DNA of 57,218 nucleotides from Octopus sinensis (lineage: Eukaryota), in assembly GCF_006345805.1 (NCBI RefSeq), contig NW_021833830.1:1-57218 (forward strand), in the 5' to 3' direction. Positions within the stretch are counted from its first letter, which is position 1, and the number at the start of each line of letters is the position of its first letter. Positions 38,831 to 49,720 of this stretch are shown here, piece after piece. The position numbers were made by a program, and so were the translations under genes. The notes below the pieces were generated by a model, which saw only the letters and a list, made by a program, of their open reading frames with translations, ran no database searches and was not told the DNA's origin.

Positions 38831-39050
38831 CATAACAATTAATAAATAATTTGAATGTATAATTTCAGATTTGAATAAGTATTAATGATTATAAGGGTGT
38901 CTATTGTGTTTATGTGTGTGTGTGTGTGTACGTAGGTGCGAAATCCAATAGAAACAGTAGATCAACCTGATGTTCATCCCATGTGTGGCATATTTACGAA
39001 TGACAGTCATGAGGTGTTTAGAACTCAAAACAATCATTTTTGCAATATGG

Positions 39051-39103
<53 letters not shown>

Positions 39104-39535
39104 TACATACATACCACATTCATAAAGAGAGAAGGAGATAATTGGTGTATGAACATAAAAAAACATATCCAAAATAATTAAAGTCTTAATTAATCAGAAG
39201 CTATTAAACTTCAAAGCACCATTACATTGTAGTAATTCAAGTGCAAATAAATTGTGTGTATAAATAAACATACATACATATATGAGTGGCCCATGTGTAA
39301 AAATTCGAGCGAGGTCGTTGCCAGTACCGCTTGACTGGCCCTCGTGCCGGTGGCATGTAAAAAGCACCCACTACACTGTCGGAGTGGTTGACATTAGGAA
39401 AGGCATCCAGTTGCGGAAACACTGCCAGATCAAGACTGGAGTTTGGTACAGCCATCTGGTTCGCCAGACCTCAGTCATTCATCCAACCCATGCTAGCATG
39501 GAAAGCGGACGTTAAACAATGATGATGATGATACG

Positions 39536-39590
<55 letters not shown>

Positions 39591-39634
39591 ATACACTCTT
39601 TTACTCATTTCAGCCATGTGGCTGTCGTCATGTT

Positions 39635-39669
<35 letters not shown>

Positions 39670-39694
39670 CACACACACACACACGCACACACAC

Positions 39695-41144
39695 ACAGAG
39701 GCTGCGTAAGGTATTTGAGGACATGCCTTTTTTAGGTCATTGCTGTATTTTTTGCTAACTCTGTGTAATCTTTATTTCAGAAAATAATAATGGCAGACCC
39801 TCAGCTTACTCAAGAAATGAAGGGGTATGCTGTTATTGTGGTTATAAAGGCTGAGCATAGCAATTTAGAAATATCTTGAGTTTTAAATTGCCAGGTCTTT
39901 CGTCTACAAAGTTTGTAAGTAGTTAGAGACTGAAGATGGAAATGTATCACCAGTATCAAAGCATGAAAAGCATTTTAAATGCTCTGAAATCATCAGAACA
40001 CCTGAATTTATCCAGCAAGTTCAAAGGACCATTGATTACAATCTCAGAAAGTCCATGAGGTCAATTTCAAAGATTTCCATGTGTCAGAAGGAACAGTCAG
40101 AAATGTTGTCCACAAACACATCAGATATAAGTCTTATATGATGAGGAAAGGTCAATTTGTCCAAAAAAGCAAAAGAAAATCACTACATCAGATCTAAAAG
40201 GCTCTTAAACAAACTGAAAAATCCAGCAGAAGAAGATTTTATTTGGTTTTTCCCAAATGAGAAATACTTTGACCAAAATCAAAAAGTCAACAGAAGAAAT
40301 GACAGATGGTTATATGCAAACCTTTCTGAAGTTCCAAGTGCTATGCATACAAAATTTCCTGCAGCTGTCATGGTTTTGGGGGTTGTCAACAAGGAAGGAT
40401 GTGATGCCTCCTTACCTCTTTCCACAAGGCCTTAGAGTTAACTCTGCTGCCTACATTGAGGTCCTGGAAACAGTTGTTAAGCCCTGGGTAGACAGTTTAT
40501 GCAATGAAAGGCCGTATGTGTTTCAGTAAGACTCTTTACTATCAAATATGGCTCTTGTAACACAGGAATGGATGGCTGAAAATTTTTGTGATTACATAAC
40601 CCCTAGCATTTGGCCTAATTCCCCAGATCTCAATCCATTGGACATGTGGAGCGTTGTTCAGAGAGAGATCAATAGTGACCTGGAACCCAAACTAGGCCCC
40701 CATATCTATGGCGTTCGCTGCTGGAATAAGGAGTGGTTGGAGATCACGTGGTCGTTAGCCTCAGATCGCCAGGCCTGGTCGGCGTTTGTGAGAGATGCAG
40801 CATTGAGGATAAATGAAACCAGCTCAACCCACCCTGGGTGAATGCTGTAAGAAGAAGAAGAAGAGGTCAATGAACTCGCCCATAACACCAAAGATTCTTT
40901 GAAAGCTGCCATAGTCAGAGTAATGTCCAAAATGAACAAGGACCACTTGATTCAAGCATGTAGATGATTTAGATCTTATACAGAAGCAGTTGTTGAAGCT
41001 GAAGGTGGCTTTATTGAATAACATTATAGAAAAGAAGGTTTATTTTTATCCTCATAGCATCTTTTGATAAATAAAGTTATTATCTGTTATTATATATCTG
41101 CTTTTTTATAAACATAAATCAGTCCTCAGATAGCTTATACACCC

Positions 41145-41146
<2 letters not shown>
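39695..41146 (+). mobile_element. Decayed Tc1/mariner element (SPDLNPLD, DDxD type) with a nested LINE fragment
   Basis: Imperfect TIRs; FFPNEKYFDQNQKVNRRNDRW, FPAAVMVLG, YVFQ*DS, NSPDLNPLD, AHNTKDSLKAAI...EAEGGFIE*. Confidence 0.85.
40674..40861 (+). mobile_element. LINE (RTE-like) 3' fragment with (AAG)n tail
   Basis: ...WSLASDRQAWSAFVRDA...; TSD AGAG(A/G)TCAAT at 40664-40673 and 40862-40871. Confidence 0.75.
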
Positions 41147-41185
<39 letters not shown>

Positions 41186-41188
41186 GTA

Positions 41189-41228
<40 letters not shown>

Positions 41229-41539
41229 TGTATGTATATATATATATTTCATTGTTTGATTTGCCTAATAGTGGTTTTGTCTCTAATTTAATATAATATA
41301 TATATATATATATATATGCACACACATACGTACATCATCAGTTAATGATTTGAATAAACACAGCTGCTAAATTTATTTAATTTTCATTAATTAATTATAC
41401 ATTGCATGCATGTAATTTTGCATTTAATGACATACATGAAACATCTGTTAAGCCTAATTAAACTAAGATCTATATTCAAAATTTATAATATATAAATACT
41501 AGGCAAACAAAGTCGATATCGAACCTCATCCGACGACAG

Positions 41540-42175
41540 GCACCCATGCCAACCCCCTTTGCTTGCGAAGACCTGTTGGGGCAAGTGAAATCGGAATCGA
41601 AATTGAACCAATCCTATGACTGGCACCCGGCAGATGCCAGGACCCCTGGACTGGAGATTCGTAAAAAGCACCATCCGAATCGTGGCTGAAGCCAGTGCCG
41701 CCTTGACTGGCTTCCGTGCAGGTGGCACGTAAAATGCACCAATCCGACCGTGGCTGATGCCAACGCCGCCTCGACTGTCTTCCGTGTCGGTGGCACGTAA
41801 AAAGCACCATCCGAATCGTGGCTGAAGCCAGTGCCGCCTTGACTGGCTTCCGTGCAGGTGGCACGTAAAAAGCACCATCTGAATCATGGCCGAAGCCAGT
41901 GCCGCCTCGACTGGCTTCCGTGCAGGTGGCACGTAAAATGCACCAATCCAACCGTGGCCGATGCCAGCCTCGCCTGGCACCAGTGCAGGTGGCACGTAAA
42001 AAGCACCCACTACACTCACGGAGTGGTTGGCGTTAGGAAGGGCATCCAGCTGTAGAAACATTGCCAGATAAGACCGGAGCCTGGTGCAGCCTTCTGGCTT
42101 CCCAGATCCCCGGTCGAACCGTCCAACCCATGCTAGTATGGAGAACGGACGTTAAACGATGATGATGATGATGAT
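41540..42175 (+). mobile_element. Family B element with an expanded 5' tandem module (about 6 units)
   Basis: GGTGGCACGTAAAA(A/T)GCACC repeated about every 62-64 bp, then core and (GAT)n tail. Confidence 0.85.
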
Positions 42176-42176
42176 A

Positions 42177-42560
42177 TCTCTCTATATATAAACGGCAGTT
42201 TGTCTGTGCGTTTTCTGTGTGTCTGTTTTCTCGTACCCTCACTCTGACCACGGCTTTCAACCGATTCTGATGAAACTTGACACACACATAGCCCAATGTC
42301 ATAATTCAAAACTAACGCAGCGAAAATTTTGAAAAGTTCCCCCAGTTCTGAAAAAAATCGATAAATTCGACATGGGGTCGAGAATGAGAAACCCAAACCA
42401 CAGACCGTCTAGGGGACGCAACTCCACCTGTTTTAACTCTCAAAAAAAATTTACCATAATTTTTTTTCCATTTTTTTGCTATTTTTTGGCTATAACTCTC
42501 TAAAAATGCTTTATAGTTATTTCCCTTACAAACCTGAGCAACGCCGGGCGATACTGCTAG
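42177..42560 (+). mobile_element. Helitron-like element: shared 3' end, different body
   Basis: 5' A|TCTCTCTATATATAAA; 3' CCTGAGCAACGCCGGGCGATACTGCTAG|T. Confidence 0.75.
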
Positions 42561-42616
42561 TAATAGATAATATATATATAATATTTCATATATACGTACA
42601 CACACACACACACACA

Positions 42617-42981
42617 TTGGTCAGCCCAGAAATAATGTGTTTTTTTATACTTTCATTTTTCAAACTTAAGATAAACAAGGTTCTTTCTTAATATAAAATA
42701 TACTCTCCTTCATTTCCTACAATGCCCTTCCATCTATCTGGTAGACTTGCAAGGCCTCTCTTCCAAAATTCACTTGTCCGTGACGAAAAATACTCCTCCA
42801 GTGTTGTTCTGACCTCGTTTACAGAATTCATATTTTTTCCACCCAAATGATTTTGAAAACTGCAGAATAAATGATAATCAGATGGGGCAACATGCGGCAA
42901 AGTTGATGCAGGTTGTTTAACCTGTCCCCACTTTATTTCATGCAATTAAAAAACCCGCATTATTTATGGGATGACCCAATA
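42617..42981 (-). mobile_element. Internally deleted mariner (TIR to TIR, transposase C-terminus only)
   Basis: APSDYHLF...FWKRGLASLPDRWKGIVGNEGEY; matching TIRs at both ends; related end fragment at ~32165-32250. Confidence 0.85.
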
Positions 42982-42990
42982 TATATATAT

Positions 42991-43029
<39 letters not shown>

Positions 43030-43030
43030 T

Positions 43031-43453
43031 TTTACTCTCTTTTTTTTCTTTTTACTTGTTTCAGTCATTTGACTGCGGCCATGCTGGAGCACCGCCTTTA
43101 GTCGAGCAAATCGACCCCGGGACTTATTCTTTGTAAGCCCAGTACTTATTCTATCGGTCTCTTTTGCCGAACCACTAAGTTACGGGGACGTAAACACACC
43201 AGCATCGGTTGTCAAGCAATGCTAGGGGAACAAACACAGACACACAAACATATTCACACACACTTATATATATAATATATATACATATATACGACAGGCT
43301 TCTTTCAGTTTCCGTCTACCAAATCCACTCACAAGGCATTGGTCGGCCCGGGGCTATAGCAGAAGACACTTGCCCAAGATGCCACGCAGTGGGACTGAAC
43401 CCGGAACCATGTGGTTGGTTGGCAAGCTACTTACCAAACAGCCACTCTTGCAC
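43031..43453 (-). mobile_element. SINE family A
   Basis: Reverse complement of family A. Confidence 0.9.
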
Positions 43454-43743
43454 CTATATATATATAAAATATGTCGAAGATACGTCTCGCCTTCACCTTC
43501 GAAACGTAGAGTAGATGAAACCATGGCGACTGAAGAAGGGGTTTTTTCCTTGTGTTATTTGTCCTGTACTCAATTTTTTTGTTTAAGAGAAATGTCCAGT
43601 TCCTTGGGTTTGTGTTTATGTTTTCATTTCTCATTGTGTTCGACATTTTTTTGGTGTCCTGTACTCATATATGCGTGTATATATACATGTAGAGGTAGGT
43701 TACTACATATATGTATATATATATATGCATGTTTTATTTATTA

Positions 43744-43775
<32 letters not shown>

Positions 43776-43776
<1 letters not shown>

Positions 43777-44288
43777 CTATATATATAAAACTCTAGTTGT
43801 GTGAGTGTCTGGCCCCTTCGATTTAGATTCCTAACTACTCCCACATTTTGCGGTGCAGTTTAACCAAATTCGGGTATCTTATAGTCGTGATTCATATCGA
43901 GCCCGTCTGGGTATTAGCGCGCGTCTACGATGAGTCTACGATTTTAAAAATAATTTAACATCATTTTTTATTCCATTTTAATGCATAATTTTTCGTGTGT
44001 CGATGGCGGCGGAGTTGGCGTCCATGGTCACAGCTGCACCTGTTTGCTTCTCCCCCTTCTTCCCTCCCTCGTGAAGCTGTGGGGAAGGGAGTGTAAGGAA
44101 ATCAACGTCGTAATGCATTGTCAAGGAGACCAGCGTTATTTTAGAACAGCGACTTCATGGCTTGAAGACACCAAAACAGAAATGGCTAAGAAAGCCCGAA
44201 TTGGCATCTATAAGGGAAGTAACTCTCTAAAAATGCTTATATAGTTATTTCCCTTACAAACCCGAGCAATGCCGGGCGATACTGCTAG
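43776..44288 (+). mobile_element. Helitron-like element carrying an extra ~220-bp internal segment
   Basis: Colinear with 22007-22319 except ~43990-44212; TC...CTAG|T ends. Confidence 0.8.
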
Positions 44289-44434
44289 TTTATATATATA
44301 TACATGTACATATAGTTTATAGATTAGAGACAGGTTTTCTCAATATAGAATACACTTCGTGGTACTCAAGAGGTTTCAACTTGAGCAGGTTGAGGAATAA
44401 ATGTAAGGATATAAATTAATAAATATATATTTTT

Positions 44435-44688
44435 TTTATGTGCCCTTTTAAAGCTTAGCCAGGCTCATGGGCCCAGTTTCCCAGTTTCTATGGCATGTGT
44501 GCTCCCCAGCTGGACGGGACACCAGTCCATTGCAGCGTTACTCATTTTTGCCAGCTGAGTGGACTGGAGCAACATGAAATGAAGTGTTTTGCTCAAGAAC
44601 ACAACGCGTCACCCAGTCCAGGAATCGAAACCACAAACTTATGATCATGGTGCTGACACCCTAACCACTAAGCCACATGCCTCCACAA
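44435..44688 (-). mobile_element. tRNA-derived SINE sharing its tail with 54190-54480
   Basis: A box TGGCTTAGTGG, B box GGTTTCGATTCC, then GCAATGGACTGGTGTCCCGTCCAG. Confidence 0.8.
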
Positions 44689-44735
44689 TATATATATATA
44701 TCTGTAAACTAATATGTGACAATTATTCAATAGCC

Positions 44736-44865
44736 AAGATAAAACTCTGAGTTTCGGATGCCGAGGTGGAAGTCCACAACACCATCTCTTCGGTTATCTG
44801 GCTATCCAGATAACTGAAGAGATGGTGTTGTGGATTTCCACCTCGAAATCCGAAACACAGAGTTT
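44736..44865. ncRNA. Inverted pair of degenerate Penelope-type minimal hammerhead motifs forming a ~60-bp hairpin
   Basis: Composite AGATAA-CTGAAGA-GATG...CATC-CGAAACTC-A-GAGT-T-TTATCT; each arm has a different defect. Confidence 0.5.
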
Positions 44866-44944
44866 ATATATATGTATAGTTGTATTTAGCATAATTTCAC
44901 TTATTAGATTTTATTAAATTTTCGCTAAATATAAATAATTTCTT

Positions 44945-45081
44945 ACACTATTTACATTTGATGGATATTTGTCCTCATCTTGTTTGTTGTTAACACGTTT
45001 CGGCTGATATACCCTCCAGCCTTCATCAGGTGTCTTGGGGAAATTTTGAACGTGGGTTCTCATTCCTAAGGTATTTTTCAA

Positions 45082-45119
<38 letters not shown>

Positions 45120-45200
45120 TCACTGCCTGGAATCGAACTCAAAATCTTGGGGTTAGTAGCCCACGCTCTTAACCACTATGCCCTATGCCCGTGGGCATAT
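44945..45200 (-). mobile_element. Composite element: tRNA-like head, (AAT)n, and a hammerhead-bearing Penelope-like tail
   Basis: GGCATAGTGGTTAAGAGC...GAGTTCGATTCC, (AAT)n, then AGACAC-CTGATGA-A-GGCTG-10nt-CAGCC-GAAACG (hammerhead at 44991-45034). Confidence 0.7.
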
Positions 45201-45340
45201 GAGACATCTAATGAAGGCTGGAGGGTATATCAACCGAAATGTTGTGTTAACAACAAACAAGATGAGGACAAATATCTGTCAAATGTAAATAGTGTAAACA
45301 ATGTACATAATTCCTCATCTCTTAAATATAGAACTGAAAA
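45201..45340 (+). mobile_element. Inverted copy of the same tail with a mutated hammerhead core
   Basis: GACAT-CTAATGA-AGGCTG...CAACC-GAAATGTTGTGTT; reverse complement of ~44950-45035. Confidence 0.75.
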
Positions 45341-45412
45341 ATAATTTCTGTTTAACAGGTATTATGTTTTATGAAATCTCAGAATGAGATTGAAACAGTA
45401 ATTGCTCGATAA

Positions 45413-45802
45413 TGTAAAGTATAGAAGCCATCTTATCATGGCTAACCACATTGGGGAGGGGTGTTATTGTAGCTTTATAGCCCCAAGAGATCGTCGTCTC
45501 CAGCTGGCTTTAGACACAATATCTGTGTCCTTGGAGTATTTGCAAAGGGAGGCCATCCCTTCCTCGCAAGCCTGAGTGATACACTCGGACTAGTTTCGGG
45601 AAGGGACAAAAATCCCGAAACTAGTCCGAGCGTATCACTCAGGCTTGCGAGGAAGGGATGGCCTCCCTTTGCAAATACTCCAAGGACACAGATATTGTGT
45701 CTAAAGCCAGCTGGAGACGACGATCTCTTGGGGTTATAAAGCTACAGTAACACCCCCTCCCCTATGTGGTTAGACACGATAAGATGGCTTCTATACTTTA
45801 CA
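45413..45802. repeat. Palindrome, ~189-bp arms, centred on a truncated hammerhead-like motif
   Basis: Arms 45413-45601 and 45613-45802; centre reads GA-A-GGGA-CAAAAA-TCCC-GAAAC-TA-GTC. Confidence 0.85.
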
Positions 45803-46143
45803 GGTATTATGTTGAAAGCTATTAAATTTCGAAGTGTTTGTGTTGATTATAATAAACTTCAGTCACTTTTGCTGAACCGCTATGTTGCAGGAATGTAAGC
45901 AAACCAACACACATACACACACACATGCAAATATTCACTCACTTATGGTAGGCTTCCATACAGTTTCCATCTATAAAATTCACCCACGTTTCATTGGTCA
46001 GTCTCCGACCCTAAGGTAGAAGGCACTTCTCGAAAGTGCTGTGTAGTGGGACTGAACCTGGAACCATGTATTTGGGAATTAAGCTTCTTAACTATACATG
46101 CACACTCCTATGTACACCCCCCCACAAGAATATACACACCAAG

Positions 46144-46179
<36 letters not shown>

Positions 46180-46558
46180 CATATTTCAGCTGGAACGATA
46201 GTAGGAGGTGATGTTTGAGAAGGAGTAGCAGACAGTGGTCACCTGATATAGAAATAATTCTCCTTTTAGAAATCCTTAAAGACTCTCTTAAGAACCTTCA
46301 CCTGTTCGACTGGAATCTCGTTCAGGTGTGGTGCCATGGAAACGGAAGCGGACAATCACTCGGCTGAAAGCTCTGAATAGCAGGATCAACTCCAGCCATT
46401 GTTGCTTCCAAGTCTGGATGCCACCTGGAGGTGGGCATTAATGGCTTAATGCAGGAGCACAGGAGAGCGGGGGCGTGCTTCTGTTGGCAGAAGGAGATGG
46501 TGGTGATGTTTTGGTGAACAATCTTTGACAGTAAAACCTTTATATATATATATATATC

Positions 46559-47350
46559 GGCGCAGGAGTCGCTGTGTGGTAAGTAGCTTGCTAATCAACC
46601 ACATGGTTCCGGGTTCAGTCCCACTGCGTGGCATCTTGGGCAAGTGTCTTCTGCTATAGCCTCGGCCGACCAATCTTGTGAGTGGATTTGGTAGACGGAA
46701 ACTGAAAGAGCCTGTCTATATATGTATATATATATATGTAATAATATGTGGTTGTGCTGTGTTTGTCCCCCTAGCATTGCTTGACACCGATGCTGGTGTG
46801 TTATGTCCTCGTCACTTAGCTGTTCGGCAAAGGGACCGATAGAATAAGTATAGGCTTACAAAGAATAAGTCCTGGGTTTGATTTGCTCGACTAAAAGGCG
46901 GTGCTCCAGCATGTGGCCGCAGTCAATGACTGAAACAAGTAAAAGAAGAAAAGTTATGTATATATGCAAGAGTGGCTGTGTGGTAAAAGCTTGCTTCTCA
47001 CCACATGTTCCGGTTCAGTCCCCCTATGGGGCACGTTGGGCAAGTGTCTCTACCATAGCCCTGGGCTGATCAAAGCCTTGTGAGTGGATATGGTAGACGG
47101 AACTGAAAGAATTCTGTTGTATGTATGTATGTATGTATGTATTATTTGTGTGTCTGTGTTTGTCCCCCCCCCCCACTATTACTTGACGACCGATGATGGT
47201 ATGTTTGTGTCCCTGTAACTTAGCGGTTCAGCAAAAGCGAACAGTAGAATAAGCAACAGGTTTACGAAAAATAAGTCCTAGGGTTGATTTGTTTGACTAA
47301 TAGGTGGTGCTCCAGCATGGCCGCAGCCAAATGACTGAAACAAGTAAAAG
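46559..47350 (+). mobile_element. Two tandem SINE family A copies
   Basis: 46559-46947 (many single-base deletions) and ~46968-47350 (diverged). Confidence 0.85.
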
Positions 47351-47664
47351 ATTATATATAGACACAAATTACTGCCCCCCCCCCACTTCATTCCTCTCCA
47401 AACCCTTTTGTTCTTCTTGTAATGTCTTCCTATAACATTCCTCATTTAATTGTGCCACTTAACTATGGAAGTCGCCCCTCCGCTCCCCATCACTCTGTTT
47501 CATACATCCCCCCACCTCGGGCCACTCGACCTTGATTTCTCTTGTAGTTTTTTTTCTACTCATCATTTCTCATTGATAACACTCCAGTTGTCTCTCTGTC
47601 TCTTTGCATGTTGGTATGTACTTATATGTATGTGTTGGTATGTGTTTGTACATCTATATATATA

Positions 47665-47965
47665 CAGAGGTTGGACAAAATAATGGAAACAGCTTAGAAT
47701 TTCAAACAAATTTATTTTAATATGGGCAGGACTGCCGTTGGCAGTAATTACAACTTGAATTTTATGAGGTATGGACTTGTACAAAGTTTTAATTGTTTCC
47801 GAAGGAATTTTTGTCTATTCTTCAGCTAAAGCAGTCTTCAGTTCTTGTAGTGATGATGGTGGAGGATATCGACTCTTTACTTGTTTTTCTAAAATGCACC
47901 ATAAATGTTCAATAATATTGATATCTGGGGACTGTGGTGGCCAGATAACCTGTTCACCAAAATTG
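47665..47965 (-). mobile_element. Tc1 3' fragment with TIR
   Basis: WPPQSPDINIIEHLW...LKTALAEE; TIR TACAGAGGTTGGACAAAATAATGGAAACA. Confidence 0.85.
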
Positions 47966-48052
47966 GCCTTTGATTGTTTATAATCTGTACCTGTTTTTTG
48001 GTTACAAAATAAGCTACACATAATGTGTGTAGCTCTCCTTTCTGGGACATAT

Positions 48053-48533
48053 TTAACCCTTTTGTTACTGTATTTATTTTGAGAATCTCTGTATTTCTTT
48101 CAATTACTTTAAATATAACAAAAAATTTAGTAAAATAACTTAGTTATCATTAAGCTAGTGTTAGGAACATAAATTGTGACTAAGGTTTGGTGGAAGATTT
48201 TAATTCAAAACTTATGTAAACAAGACATTTGTACTACAGAGCCCAGAAGCAGTTTCAGCCAGGTTGGTATCAAAAGGGTTAAGAATTGTTTCTCTATTAT
48301 ATATTTTAACCCTTTTGTTACCATATTTCTGTTGAAATGTTCTGTGTTTCTTTCAATTACTTTAAATATAACAAAGAATTTAGTAAAATAACTTAGTTAT
48401 CATTAAGCTAGTGTTAGGAACATAAATTGTGACTAAGGTTTGGTGGAAGATTTTAATTCAAAACTTATGGAAACAAGATATTTGTACTCAAAGCCAGAAC
48501 CGGTTTCAGCTGGGTTGGTAACAAAAGGGTTAA
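48053..48533. mobile_element. Two tandem piggyBac-like MITEs (~220 bp each)
   Basis: TTAA|CCCTTTTGTTAC...G(G)TA(A/T)CAAAAGGG|TTAA at 48057-48278 and 48310-48529; fragment at ~29240-29362. Confidence 0.8.
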
Positions 48534-49024
48534 TGCATATGGCCTGCATTATTAACATGAAAATGGACAAAATCAAAAGCAAACTCGATGAACATTAATG
48601 GAATTTGTAGTTTTGTGGTACCAGTGCCGATGGCACATATGAAAACCATCCGAACGTGGCCGTAGCCAGTACTGCATTGACTCTCCTCCGTGCTGGTGGC
48701 ACGTAACAAACACCATCCGAGCGTGGCCGTTCGCCAGCCTCGTCTGGCACCTGTGTCGGTGGCACATAAAATCACCCACTACACTCTCGGAGTGGTTGGC
48801 GTTAGGAAGGGCATCCAGCTGTAGAAACACTGCCAGATCTGACTGGCCTGGTGCAGCCTTCGGGCTTCCCAGACCCCAGTTGAACCGTCCAACCCATGCT
48901 AGCATGGAAAGCGGACGTTAAATGATGATGATGATGATGATGAATTTATTGGGTTTCATATCTATGTCTTGCACCGAGAGGCTTGTAGGCCAGTCCTGCT
49001 GGGGTATCTGATTTCCAGGCAGCC

Positions 49025-49720
49025 TTAAAAGAAATTTTGGCTGGATAGGGTTTGAGCACCATCTGTGTCGTATATATCTTTAGTTAATTCCGACCCATAC
49101 ATTGTCAGTTCTATCATGTTATGGTCTGAGAATATTGTCTGTGGTATATTTATGTTGTGGATTATTTCCACATTGTTTGTAAAACAGAGGTCCAGGATAT
49201 TTTTGTGCCTGGTTGGAGAGAATATGATCTGCTCCATAAATTGCATTTTCGTAAGATCAAGTAGAGATTCTGCTTGATTTCGCTCTTTGTGCATCATTCC
49301 CGGGGTTATATTGCCCTCAGACCACCTGATGCTAGGGGAATTGAAGTCACCCATCAGGAATATAGTAGTACATTGATCCAATTGTGTTAGTACTTCTTTT
49401 ATTGCACTGAGGCTTTCCTCAAATTTTCCATCATGATTTGATGAACCAGGTGGGCGTTATAGTGTGCATAACACTATATCAAATTTCCCCAGGTGTGGCC
49501 CTACTAGTACATAAGATTGGATGAACTCCTTCTTCTGCTCTGTTTGGAGAAACTATTGCTCTTCAGGGCAGCAGTAATTAAATTATTTGGCAAATCACCT
49601 CCTGTGATTTCCCAGGCTCATAGCAACAATCCTATCTCTGTAGACTTCCAATTTCTTGTCATCTTCCTTGTGGTGTGTGGCTGTGGTTGTGTGTGCAGTT
49701 GGTTTTTGAGTACAAATATA
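49025..49720 (-). mobile_element. CR1-like LINE ORF2 AP-endonuclease fragment
   Basis: LYRPP...FLMGDFNSP...PTRHKNILDLCFTNN...FSDHNMIE. Confidence 0.85.
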
